Assembly: GCA_041650835.1 (NCBI GenBank)
Contig: JBAZKL010000004.1
Location: 230,900-294,899, forward strand
DNA length: 64,000 bases
Reading direction: 5' to 3'
Source: Candidatus Omnitrophota bacterium
GTDB lineage: Bacteria; Omnitrophota; Gorgyraeia; Gygaellales; Profunditerraquicolaceae
How positions within the stretch are numbered: position 1 is the stretch's first letter; each line of letters begins with the position of its first letter. This document shows, one piece after another, positions 10,023 to 18,547 of this stretch. A program made the translations under genes and the position numbers. Under the pieces are notes generated by a model that was not told where the DNA came from, ran no database searches, and saw nothing but the letters and a program-made list of their open reading frames with translations.

Positions 10023-10093
10023 CTGGGACGCATGGATTCGAACCATGATAGCGAGACCCAAATTCTCGTGTCCTACCATTGGACGACATCCCA
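10023..10093 (-). tRNA. tRNA-Gln (anticodon UUG).
   Basis: Cloverleaf folded by hand: acceptor TGGGATG/CGTCCCA, anticodon stem CGAGA/TCTCG with loop ATTTGGG, T-arm CATGG-TTCGAAT-CCATG, discriminator G. Confidence 0.75.
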
Positions 10094-10107
10094 AAATACA
10101 TTATAAT

Positions 10108-10521
10108 CTAAAGATCGGCATCTCCATACTCGCCGGGCTTACCGGTCTTTTTTTCGATTTCATACGCTTCCAGGACTTTCTTCTGTAAATATTCCCGGAA
10201 AACCTGTGTTATCGGATGAGCGACATCCTTATGCTCCGACTGCGCGAACGCGCCTGCCTCCGGGCCCACGGGACGGACTGATACGCTTAACTGCCCGCCG
10301 CACTGATTACAGAATTTTGAACGCGCTTCATTCTTAAATCCGCACTTCGGACAAGACTGTTTGATCTTACGCGAAGGCATAGCGATGAACAATTCGCTGG
10401 TACCCTGAATAACCTTGATATTCCTCACCACAAACGCGTCGTCAAAGGTAACCGTAGCGTATGCTTTCAGCTTTTTGTCGGGTGACTCTCGTAAGAAGAT
10501 TTTAACTTCAGTTATGTCCAT
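10108..10521 (-). CDS. spoVG: SpoVG-domain protein with a C-terminal zinc ribbon. The start is at MDITEVKIFL.
   Basis: SpoVG core (TVTFDDAFVVRNIKVIQGTSELFIAMPSRK) followed by CPKCG...CNQCGG. Confidence 0.75.
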   Translation of the reverse strand: MDITEVKIFLRESPDKKLKAYATVTFDDAFVVRNIKVIQGTSELFIAMPSRKIKQSCPKCGFKNEARSKFCNQCGGQLSVSVRPVGPEAGAFAQSEHKDVAHPITQVFREYLQKKVLEAYEIEKKTGKPGEYGDADL

Positions 10522-10542
10522 AGCAGCACCCCTTTCACAGAA

Positions 10543-10785
10543 AGTGAAACACCAACGCAATTCTGCCGCAGAAAGCGGCATACCGGCGCAATTCCAATCT
10601 GCGCCGGGTGCAAGCAGAAAGCCGCGTACCGGCGCAATACCGCCGCAACAAGCGGCGTACCCAGCCACACCTATTAGGCTGGGTGCGATCAGCGCCGGGT
10701 ACAGTCAGAAAGCCTGCCGTCAGGCAGGTTGCACACCCAGCCACGCCAATGAGGATAGGTGCCGATAAGCGCGGAGTGTTGTCAC
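10543..10785. repeat. Array of about five or six GC-rich REP-like palindromic units in the spoVG 5' leader, downstream of the ispE stop.
   Basis: Repeated gcagaaagcg ... cacc-N5-(aattccaat / aatacc / acacctatta loops)-N5'-gggtg units. One unit contains cctgccgtcaggcagg. Confidence 0.55.
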
Positions 10786-11715
10786 TTAAATCGTCCTTGT
10801 TACCGCCACAAATAAAGACTTATTTTCTTTCTTAAGCTGCCGGGAAAAAGACCGGGCTTCCTGTTGAGAAGGAACAAAAGCAAAAATCGACGGCCCGCTC
10901 CCAGACATTAAACTTGACCGCAACCCTAAGAAAACAAATCTTTTTTTCAGAAGTTTTACTTCAGGATAGACTTTTTCCGTAACAAGTTCCAAGCTGTTAA
11001 ACAAGGCTTTTTCGATCAAAGTAAGGTCTTTTTTCTTTAATATCGAACATAATATTGTAACATTTTGTTTAGGAATTGTCAACCTCAGAAGGCCTCCGGA
11101 ATACTCATCCCATTTCTTATAAATAAGCGGCGTGGAAACATGTAACGGCAATACGGCTAAAACATGCCACAGCCGGATAGCTTGAAGCGAATGTACGGGA
11201 CGGATCTTCTCTCCCCTGCCGCTTCCTAAAGCGAAAGGGGCGTCATATATAAAAAAAGGCACATCACTGCCGATCTTTTTGGCTAAAGAAACTAATTTAT
11301 TCCTCGTAAGCCCAAGGCCCCAAAGGCGATCCAGCCCTAAGAGAACTCCCGCAGCATCGCTTGAACCGCCGCCCATCCCGGCGCCTACAGGGATACGCTT
11401 GATGATCTTGATCCTTACCCCTTTATCGAGCTTCAAGCTCTCCTGCAACAATTGAGCGCTCTTATACGCGAGATTGGAGCTATCCTTAGGGACACCCGGA
11501 TGATCAGAAATGATCTCGATCTTTTTACCCGGCAAAGAAGATAACTTGAGCGTGTCATGCAGGTCAACGCGCTCAAAAAGAGTTTTTATCTCATGATAAC
11601 CATCGGCGCGCTTCTTAATAACCTCGAGGAACAGGTTGAGCTTAGCGTAACAACTGACTTCCACGCCTCGGGAACCAAGCAGTTTCAACGCTGAATGTAA
11701 TTGCCCCATGGACAT
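10786..11715 (-). CDS. ispE: 4-diphosphocytidyl-2-C-methyl-D-erythritol kinase.
   Basis: GHMP kinase motif PVGAGMGGGSSDAAG; N-terminal AKLNLFLEV. Confidence 0.85.
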   Translation of the reverse strand: MSMGQLHSALKLLGSRGVEVSCYAKLNLFLEVIKKRADGYHEIKTLFERVDLHDTLKLSSLPGKKIEIISDHPGVPKDSSNLAYKSAQLLQESLKLDKGVRIKIIKRIPVGAGMGGGSSDAAGVLLGLDRLWGLGLTRNKLVSLAKKIGSDVPFFIYDAPFALGSGRGEKIRPVHSLQAIRLWHVLAVLPLHVSTPLIYKKWDEYSGGLLRLTIPKQNVTILCSILKKKDLTLIEKALFNSLELVTEKVYPEVKLLKKRFVFLGLRSSLMSGSGPSIFAFVPSQQEARSFSRQLKKENKSLFVAVTRTI

Positions 11716-11724
11716 ATGATTATA

Positions 11725-12654
11725 TTAAGGAGAAACTATTCTTAAAACCGCTTTTTCTATATCGCCACTGGTAAGATTGTATTCTTTCATAAGTTCAGCC
11801 GGCTGGCCGGATTGGCCGAACCTGTTTCGTACTCCAACGCGGATAACTTTGGTAGGATGATTCTCAGCCACAACTTCGTCAACACTGGAAGCCAAGCCGC
11901 CGATAATGGTATGCTCTTCACAGATAACAATCCCTTTAGTCTGGCGGGCCGCGGCGAGGACCGTTTCGGTATCCAGGGGCCTGATAGTATGCATATTGAT
12001 CAAACGGGCGGAAATATTTTTCTTCTTCAGGCTCTCCACGGCAGCTAATGCCTCCTGCACCATGATCCCGCAGGCGATGATCGCGACATCGTTACCCTGG
12101 GTTAAAACTTGAGCCTTACCTAATTGGAATTTCCCTTTATTCTCAATAGTCACGACTTTCGGCCTTCCCAGGCGGACATAAAAGGGGCCTTTGGTATGAG
12201 CGGCGGCGATCACCGCTTCGCGCGTCTGAGGGCCGTCGCAAGGAGCCACGATAGTCATATTAGGGATCACGCGCATAAGCGCGATATCCTCCAACGCCTG
12301 ATGGCTGGCCCCGTCGGGTCCGACGCTCACGCCCGCGTGCGTCGCGACGATATTAATATTAAAATTATTATAGGCGACACTGTTCCTGATCTGGTCCCAT
12401 GCCCTGCCGGTAGCGAATATCGCGAAGGTTGAAGCAAAAACGATCTTCCCGCAGCTTGCCAGGCCGCTGGCAACAGCCATCATATTCTGTTCAGCAACCC
12501 CCATATTGAAAAAACGCTCCGGGTATTCTTTGGCAAATAAACCGGTACGCGTGGAACTGGATAGATCAGAATCGAGGACAATAATATCCTTATTCTCTTT
12601 ACCCAACTCGATGAGTGTCTGGCCGTAAACGTCTCTTTGGTATAATTGTTCCAT
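11725..12654 (-). CDS. Transketolase, C-terminal subunit of a split enzyme.
   Basis: Pyrimidine-binding and C-terminal transketolase domains (FNMGVAEQNMM...). Confidence 0.85.
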   Translation of the reverse strand: MEQLYQRDVYGQTLIELGKENKDIIVLDSDLSSSTRTGLFAKEYPERFFNMGVAEQNMMAVASGLASCGKIVFASTFAIFATGRAWDQIRNSVAYNNFNINIVATHAGVSVGPDGASHQALEDIALMRVIPNMTIVAPCDGPQTREAVIAAAHTKGPFYVRLGRPKVVTIENKGKFQLGKAQVLTQGNDVAIIACGIMVQEALAAVESLKKKNISARLINMHTIRPLDTETVLAAARQTKGIVICEEHTIIGGLASSVDEVVAENHPTKVIRVGVRNRFGQSGQPAELMKEYNLTSGDIEKAVLRIVSP

Positions 12655-12655
12655 T

Positions 12656-13477
12656 TTACTCTAACTCTCTCAACGCCTGCTCGGTTTCTTCTTTGGTAGG
12701 AGTGCGGCCGTGGAAATCAACCACATGCTCCATAAAAGAAACCCCCTTGCCTTTAATCGTATGGGCAATGATAATGGACGGCTTTCCTTTGACCGACCGC
12801 GCTTCATCATATGCCTCTAAAACCTGTTTCATATCATGGCCGTTTATTTCAACGGTATGCCATCCGAATGCCTGCCATTTCGCGATTATCGGCTCAAGAT
12901 TCATAACGTCTTTTGTTTTACCGTCGATTTGATACCCGTTATAGTCCAGGATGCCGCAGATATTATCGCAGCGATAGTGAGCCGCAGCCATAGCCGCTTC
13001 CCAAATATTGCCTTCCTGTATTTCTCCATCCCCCATTAAACAATACACCCGGTAACCTTTCTTATCGATCTTTGCCGCAAGGCTCATGCCGACCGCGATG
13101 GACAACCCCTGCCCGAGCGAACCGGAGGCGACATTGATCCCGGGGGTGCGCCGGTCAGGATGCCCCTGCAGTAAAGAACCGAATTGCCGCAAGGTCATAA
13201 GTTTTTCAAGAGGGAAATACCCGGACTCAGCTAAAACAGCATACAACAAAGGACAGCAATGCCCTTTCGACAAATGGAAACGGTCGTTCTCCGCGCTTAA
13301 AGGGTTTTTAGGGTCATGGCGCATTACCGCGAAATATAACGCGGTGATCAAATCAGCCGCCGAAAGGCTCCCTCCCGGATGGCCGGAACCCGCTTTAGCA
13401 AGCATGGTAATGATCAATTTACGGATATGCTTGGCTTTGACTTCTAATTCTTTAACCTTCGTATCGGAATAAGACAT
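12656..13477 (-). CDS. Transketolase, N-terminal thiamine-diphosphate-binding subunit.
   Basis: GSGHPGGSLS...GDGE...N TPP-binding motifs. Confidence 0.85.
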   Translation of the reverse strand: MSYSDTKVKELEVKAKHIRKLIITMLAKAGSGHPGGSLSAADLITALYFAVMRHDPKNPLSAENDRFHLSKGHCCPLLYAVLAESGYFPLEKLMTLRQFGSLLQGHPDRRTPGINVASGSLGQGLSIAVGMSLAAKIDKKGYRVYCLMGDGEIQEGNIWEAAMAAAHYRCDNICGILDYNGYQIDGKTKDVMNLEPIIAKWQAFGWHTVEINGHDMKQVLEAYDEARSVKGKPSIIIAHTIKGKGVSFMEHVVDFHGRTPTKEETEQALRELE

Positions 13478-13512
13478 CTCAATAATTATCTAAAACCGGG
13501 CTCTCGCTTATA

Positions 13513-14520
13513 TTATCGCACTACCGGCGCGGCCCCGTTTTTAGTTACTTCCTGATTTAATCTATCCAATTTCTGCTTAACCTGGTCCTGCTTTGAATCT
13601 ATGATCAACGATCTTTCCCAGCTTGCTATAGCGTTCGGGCGGTCGTTAAGCTTTAAATACGCGTCACCTAAATGGTCGAAAATAACATGGTCATCCAATA
13701 ACGCGCTGGCCTTTTTTAATTCCTGAACAGCGTCGCTGAATTTACCTTGTTTAAAATAAAGCCAGCCCAAACTATCGATATACGCTCCATTTTCAGGCTC
13801 AAGGGACAATGCCTTCCTTATCAAGCTTTCAGCGGTATCAAAATCCTTGTTTTCTTCAACATAAAGATACCCGAGATAATTCAACGCTTCGGCATAATCG
13901 GGGCGTAATTCGATCGCTTTTTTGAGCTCCACTATGGTCTGGTCCCGGTTTTTCAGCTCATCATAAACATTCGCCAGATAAAAATGGGCTTCGCTGTCGG
14001 AAGGCGACAGGTCAAGGATCAAGCGATACGTATTCTCAGCGTCTTTGAATTTCTTCTGACGCAGATAAACGATCCCTAAACTTTTATAAACATCGATATT
14101 CTGAGGTTCGACCTTGGAGGCATTCTGAAGCGCAAGCTCATATTCCGTGGTAGCCAGGTCAGGCTTGCCTTGAGAAAAATAAAGAAGCGCCAAAACCGCA
14201 TGCGGCTCTATGGCTTCCGCGTCATATTTAACGGCAAGGTTTAATTCAAGCGTAGCCCGGGGAGCATCATTCTGCCTTAAGTAACAAAGCGCCAGGTTCA
14301 GGTGGATCAAAGCATTCCTGGGGTCTAATTCCAAGGCTTTTTTATACTCGGTGACCGCTTCTTCGGTATCGCCTGACTGTTCATGCATAGAAGCCATGAT
14401 ATAATGCGTCAGGGTCAGCGATAAGCGTTTATCTAACGCGAGAACGCTTGTCGAAGCGCACAGCGTTAGTGAAAGGCAACACAAAATTAAAGAAACCCGT
14501 CTTTTTAGCTTAGGAAGCAT
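13513..14520 (-). CDS. Secreted tetratricopeptide-repeat protein.
   Basis: Signal peptide followed by about eight TPR-like repeats (AxxxYxxALxLDP pattern). Confidence 0.7.
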   Translation of the reverse strand: MLPKLKRRVSLILCCLSLTLCASTSVLALDKRLSLTLTHYIMASMHEQSGDTEEAVTEYKKALELDPRNALIHLNLALCYLRQNDAPRATLELNLAVKYDAEAIEPHAVLALLYFSQGKPDLATTEYELALQNASKVEPQNIDVYKSLGIVYLRQKKFKDAENTYRLILDLSPSDSEAHFYLANVYDELKNRDQTIVELKKAIELRPDYAEALNYLGYLYVEENKDFDTAESLIRKALSLEPENGAYIDSLGWLYFKQGKFSDAVQELKKASALLDDHVIFDHLGDAYLKLNDRPNAIASWERSLIIDSKQDQVKQKLDRLNQEVTKNGAAPVVR

Positions 14521-14699
14521 ATCGAGAACACTTCACCGGCACACCAGTGACAGCGTATCGCAGCAATATCTCAATGAATTTACATGATCCCTCCAGGTAA
14601 AAACCCGGATCTTTGAGGGACATTTATCTTATCGAGAACAAGCTGATAAGGCAAAGTACTGCCTTATCAGCTTGAACACAGGCTTTTTCGACCTACGAA

Positions 14700-14801
14700 T
14701 TAGCTCCAGTTTCTCTTCTTCAAATGACGCAACTTTCGACGCATCTTTTTTCTTTTATGCGTCTTGATCTTCTGTCTTTTTCTTTTCTTACCGCACGGCA
14801 T
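14700..14801 (-). CDS. Unannotated 33-aa Lys/Arg-rich small protein, MPCGKKRKRQKIKTHKRKKMRRKLRHLKKRNWS, with a candidate resemblance to ribosomal protein bS22.
   Basis: Strong GGAGGA Shine-Dalgarno 4 nt before the ATG. Its composition and the KKR-KR...HKRK pattern resemble mycobacterial bS22. It falls below the ORF-track length cutoff. Confidence 0.4.
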   Translation of the reverse strand: MPCGKKRKRQKIKTHKRKKMRRKLRHLKKRNWS

Positions 14802-14825
14802 TACTTCCTCCTCGATAAAACGATC

Positions 14826-15707
14826 TTAATAAATCACCTTGTTCAACGGATATTCGATGATCCCCTCGGCTCCGGCTTTCTTTAATTCAGGGATCAATTG
14901 CCTGACAATTTTTTCATCGATCACCGTCTCCAGCGCGAACCACCCCGTTTCAGAAAGCCCTGAAACAGTAGGGTTTTTTAAGGCCGGAACAACGGCGATG
15001 ACTTTTTGCAGGTCTTTCTTCCTGACATTCATCTTCAAACCGACTTTTTCTTCGGCAGCGATCGCCCCTTTCAATAAAACAGAGATCTGCTCCATTTTTT
15101 CTTTCTTCCAGGCATCCTTGACCGCGGCCTTATTGGCGATGAATTGCGTCGTCGATTCACAGACAGTGGCGATCTCCACCAGTTTATTCGCCCGCAGGCT
15201 CCTGCCGGTTTCCGTCAATTCCACGATAGCGTCAACAAGCCCCGAGCTTACCTTGACCTCAGTCGCTCCCCAGCTGAATTCCACATCGACCTTGACCTTA
15301 TGTTTGCTAAAAAAATCCCTGGTAACACCGACAAGCTCGGTAGCGATACGTTTATTATGCAGGTCCCTGACCGTTTTCATCCCTGAATTCTCCGGGACTG
15401 CCAGGACCCAACGGACCTTGCTTAAGCTCTGCTTGGCGTACATTAAGTCGGTCACCCGGTAAACATCGGACTTATTTTCCAGGATCCAGTCATTTCCGGT
15501 AACTCCGCAATCCAAAACCCCCTCCTGGACATACCGGGACATCTCCTGCGCCCGTAAAAGGATCGCTTCTATTTCGGGGTCATCGACCGAAGGGAAATAC
15601 GAACGCTCCGACGATAAAGACACGTTAAAACCGGCCTTCTTGAACATCCGGAACGTTGACTCCTGAAGGCTTCCCTTAGGGAGCCCCAGCTTTAAGATTT
15701 TTTTCAT
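14826..15707 (-). CDS. hisG: ATP phosphoribosyltransferase HisG, long form with a C-terminal regulatory domain. The start is at [14 protein letters not shown].
   Basis: HisG catalytic motifs and the C-terminal HisG_C domain; the ORF-track TTG-start extension is rejected. Confidence 0.85.
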   Translation of the reverse strand: MKKILKLGLPKGSLQESTFRMFKKAGFNVSLSSERSYFPSVDDPEIEAILLRAQEMSRYVQEGVLDCGVTGNDWILENKSDVYRVTDLMYAKQSLSKVRWVLAVPENSGMKTVRDLHNKRIATELVGVTRDFFSKHKVKVDVEFSWGATEVKVSSGLVDAIVELTETGRSLRANKLVEIATVCESTTQFIANKAAVKDAWKKEKMEQISVLLKGAIAAEEKVGLKMNVRKKDLQKVIAVVPALKNPTVSGLSETGWFALETVIDEKIVRQLIPELKKAGAEGIIEYPLNKVIY

Positions 15708-15924
15708 TGCACCATACCCTCCAGCCACCTGCGTGGAAATACTCAATAAAAAACATCTCCGCCTCGACAAAACCTTTCGATCATTAGCGGGTCTGACAGG
15801 CAAGTTATTATACAGGGTGAGCAATAAATTGTAAAGAAAAAATTGCAAAAACTCAAATTTACCTTATAATAAAACTCTATAATAAATCTAACCTTTAATT
15901 ACCCATAGAGAGGAAGGCAGGATC

Positions 15925-17340
15925 ATGTTTAAAATGCTCCGAGACAAAAAAACCCAGAAAACTATCTGGATCGTTTTAGCGGTCATTATCGTACCGGCAT
16001 TCATTTTTTGGGGCTCCAGCAGCATAATCAAAGAGCCGGGAGAAGTAAATAATTTCTCCCTCAAGATCTTCGGCAAACGTATTTCTTACTCGGATTACCA
16101 GGACTCACTCGCGGCGGTCCGTAATCAGGCACTCATCCAATTCGGGGACAGCTTTGAGCAAATGCAGAAATTCCTGAACCTGGAAAGCCAGGCGGTCCAA
16201 CGGCTGGTTCTCGTCGCGGAAGCGCGCAAGCGTAAGATCAAGGTCAGCGACAAAGAAGTCGTCGATTTTATCCAGGCATTCGCGCCTTTCCAAAATAAAG
16301 GCCAGTTCGACAATAGGGCATACGCGTATATATTGCAATATGTATTCCGCACCCAGCCCCGGCTATTTGAAGAACAAACCAGGCAGAACCTGATGATAGC
16401 GAAGCTTTATGAAACCATTACCAAGGACGCCTCCGTTACCGAGCAGGAGGTCAAAGACGCTTACGCAAAAGAAAACGAGCAGATCAGCGTAAGTTATATT
16501 GCCAGCCTGTACGCGGACTCAAGCAAGGACGCCGTTACCAGCGATGAAGAACTTAAAGATTACTTTACTAAAAATTCCCTTTCTTTTAAACAACCCCTGT
16601 CGTTTAACGCCGTCTACCTCGCCCTGGATAACGAAACCCAGCAAAACAGCATTACCCCGCTGATCGCGAAAGAAAAAGACCTTGAAAAAGCGGCAAAAGA
16701 ATTAAACCTGAGCGTCAAAGAAACCGGGTTATTCAGCCAGGTTGACCCTGTCCCGGGGATCGGCTGGAGCCCGCAGATCTCCGCGATCATCTCAAAGCTT
16801 GACGTCGGGCAGATCTCAAGCGTCATCCCTTTTGACAAGAAATTCTACGTATTCCAGCTCAAAGAGCGTCGTGACCCTTATATACCCGATTTTGAAGCTA
16901 TAAAAGAAAAGGTAAAAGACGCCGTGGCCAGGAACAAGGCAAAGGATATCGCGAAAAGAAAAGCCGACAGCTGCTTTAAAATACTCCAGGATGCCGCGAA
17001 GATCGGCCTTAAAACGATCAATTTCGAGGCAATCGCCAAAGACGCGGGGCTTAAAACAGGGACAACCGCCCCTTTTAAATTCGGCAGCTATATCGAGAAT
17101 ATCGGCGCCTCCGACGAATTCTTTACCGCGGCACGCTCTTTAAAAGATGACGAGTTCAGCGCGGTGATCGACTCCCCTTCCGGCTACTTCATCATTAAGA
17201 CAAAATCGAGGGTGCCGGTTGATGAAGCGAAGTTTAAGGCGGAAAAAGAGGAATTCACGCAAAAGCTTTTATCCGAAAAGAAGCAGAACGAATTCTCAAA
17301 ATTCGCCGAAGAATTAATGAAGAAAATACAGGCAGGCTAA
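15925..17340 (+). CDS. ppiD: PpiD/SurA-like periplasmic chaperone (N-terminal transmembrane anchor, SurA-N-like and parvulin-like regions).
   Basis: An N-terminal TM helix followed by a long periplasmic domain with PpiD-like architecture. It is the only confident plus-strand gene in the window. Confidence 0.65.
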   Translation: MFKMLRDKKTQKTIWIVLAVIIVPAFIFWGSSSIIKEPGEVNNFSLKIFGKRISYSDYQDSLAAVRNQALIQFGDSFEQMQKFLNLESQAVQRLVLVAEARKRKIKVSDKEVVDFIQAFAPFQNKGQFDNRAYAYILQYVFRTQPRLFEEQTRQNLMIAKLYETITKDASVTEQEVKDAYAKENEQISVSYIASLYADSSKDAVTSDEELKDYFTKNSLSFKQPLSFNAVYLALDNETQQNSITPLIAKEKDLEKAAKELNLSVKETGLFSQVDPVPGIGWSPQISAIISKLDVGQISSVIPFDKKFYVFQLKERRDPYIPDFEAIKEKVKDAVARNKAKDIAKRKADSCFKILQDAAKIGLKTINFEAIAKDAGLKTGTTAPFKFGSYIENIGASDEFFTAARSLKDDEFSAVIDSPSGYFIIKTKSRVPVDEAKFKAEKEEFTQKLLSEKKQNEFSKFAEELMKKIQAG

Positions 17341-17378
17341 ACCGTAAGAAAAAAACGGGCACGCCGCTTTCGTTAAAA

Positions 17379-17435
17379 GAAAAGCCCCGTTCTTATTATC
17401 GGATCACGATAGAGAACGGGGCTTTTCTTTTAAAA
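17379..17435. terminator. Bidirectional rho-independent terminator between the convergent ppiD (+) and ferredoxin/por (-) genes.
   Basis: A near-perfect 14-15 bp inverted repeat (gaaaagccccgttct / agaacggggcttttc) flanked by A-tract and T-tract. Confidence 0.65.
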
Positions 17436-17439
17436 CGTA

Positions 17440-17622
17440 TTAACTTACTTTTATAGAATTGACCGGACACTGATCTGCTATCTCGGCGAGATTATGCGTT
17501 GGGCATGATTGAGCTTTCACATGAGCGATCCCGTCGCCCTGGACCTCGAAAACTTCAGGACAAGCCTGTTCACACAAACCGCACCCAACACAGGTAGAAG
17601 CATCAACGCTGACTTTTGCCAT
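17440..17622 (-). CDS. 4Fe-4S ferredoxin.
   Basis: CVGCGLCEQACP...CPTHNLAEIADQCP. Confidence 0.7.
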   Translation of the reverse strand: MAKVSVDASTCVGCGLCEQACPEVFEVQGDGIAHVKAQSCPTHNLAEIADQCPVNSIKVS

Positions 17623-17656
17623 TTTATTACCCCCTCTTGTAATGAATATAACCTTC

Positions 17657-18547
17657 TTAAGCTGTCGGAGCAGGAGTTTCTATCTTAAGGTTATACTTTT
17701 TAATATTATTATCGGCGACTTCCTGGATCTTCTTGATCAGCTCAACATTGTTCAACAAATGCTTAAACCTTCCCTGCACCTTCAAGTATTCTTCCACCGG
17801 AAGGCATTTGATCTGCCTTTTAGAGACCAGAACGCCATTTTCATATTCAATGACCGGATATAAACCGGTCTCAACCGCTAATTTCGCGATATCAAAAGTC
17901 CCTTTAGATTCATGGCGCCAGCCTAACGGGCAGGGGACATGGATCTGGATATATTTCGGCCCTTTAATGGATAATGCTTTTTTTACCTTGCGCTGAATGT
18001 CCTGGGGATAGCCCACGGTCGCGGTAGCAACATACGGTATCCCGTGCGCCAGAGTGATCTCAGGCATCGGTTTCTTAGGGCGCAGGTTCCCGCATGAAAT
18101 ACTGCCGGCAGGGCTGGTCGAGGTGTTCGCCTCAAAAGGCGTCAGGCCGCTGCGCTGAACGCCGGTATTCATATATGCTTCGTTATCATAACAAACATAC
18201 AAAATATCATGGCCGCGCTCCAACATTCCTGAAAGCGCCTGCAGGCCGATATCTGCTGTCCCGCCGTCACCGCCCTGGGCAATAACGTTGATCCCTTCTT
18301 TCTTTCCCATGAAGCGTAATGCCGCCTCTACTCCTGAAGCGACCGCCGCGCAGTTCTCAAACAAAGAATGTATAAACGGCACCTGCCATGCCGACTCCGG
18401 ATATTTGGTCGAGAATACTTCAAGACATCCGGTGTTATTCGCCACGATTGTATTCGGGCCGCTGGCATCGACGACCAAACGCGCCGCGATTGACTGTCCG
18501 CAACCGGAACATGCGGTATGACCACTGACAAATAAATGTTTACTCAT
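17657..18547 (-). CDS. porB: 2-oxoacid (pyruvate):ferredoxin oxidoreductase, beta subunit (TPP-binding).
   Basis: GDGG...N TPP motif and N-terminal Cys residues. Confidence 0.85.
   Translation of the reverse strand: MSKHLFVSGHTACSGCGQSIAARLVVDASGPNTIVANNTGCLEVFSTKYPESAWQVPFIHSLFENCAAVASGVEAALRFMGKKEGINVIAQGGDGGTADIGLQALSGMLERGHDILYVCYDNEAYMNTGVQRSGLTPFEANTSTSPAGSISCGNLRPKKPMPEITLAHGIPYVATATVGYPQDIQRKVKKALSIKGPKYIQIHVPCPLGWRHESKGTFDIAKLAVETGLYPVIEYENGVLVSKRQIKCLPVEEYLKVQGRFKHLLNNVELIKKIQEVADNNIKKYNLKIETPAPTA

Noticed and set aside
9880-10101. 73-aa minus-strand ORF (MYFGMSSNGRTREFGSRYHGSNPCVP...).
   Set aside because: It is a translation straight through tRNA-Gln and the out-of-frame ATG of the GIY-YIG gene.
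10415-10835. Three overlapping ORFs (10415-10768 +, 10535-10744 -, 10608-10835 +) with Arg/Ala/Pro-rich translations.
   Set aside because: These are GC-rich REP-like repeat arrays that are stop-codon-poor in all frames; the translations are low complexity.
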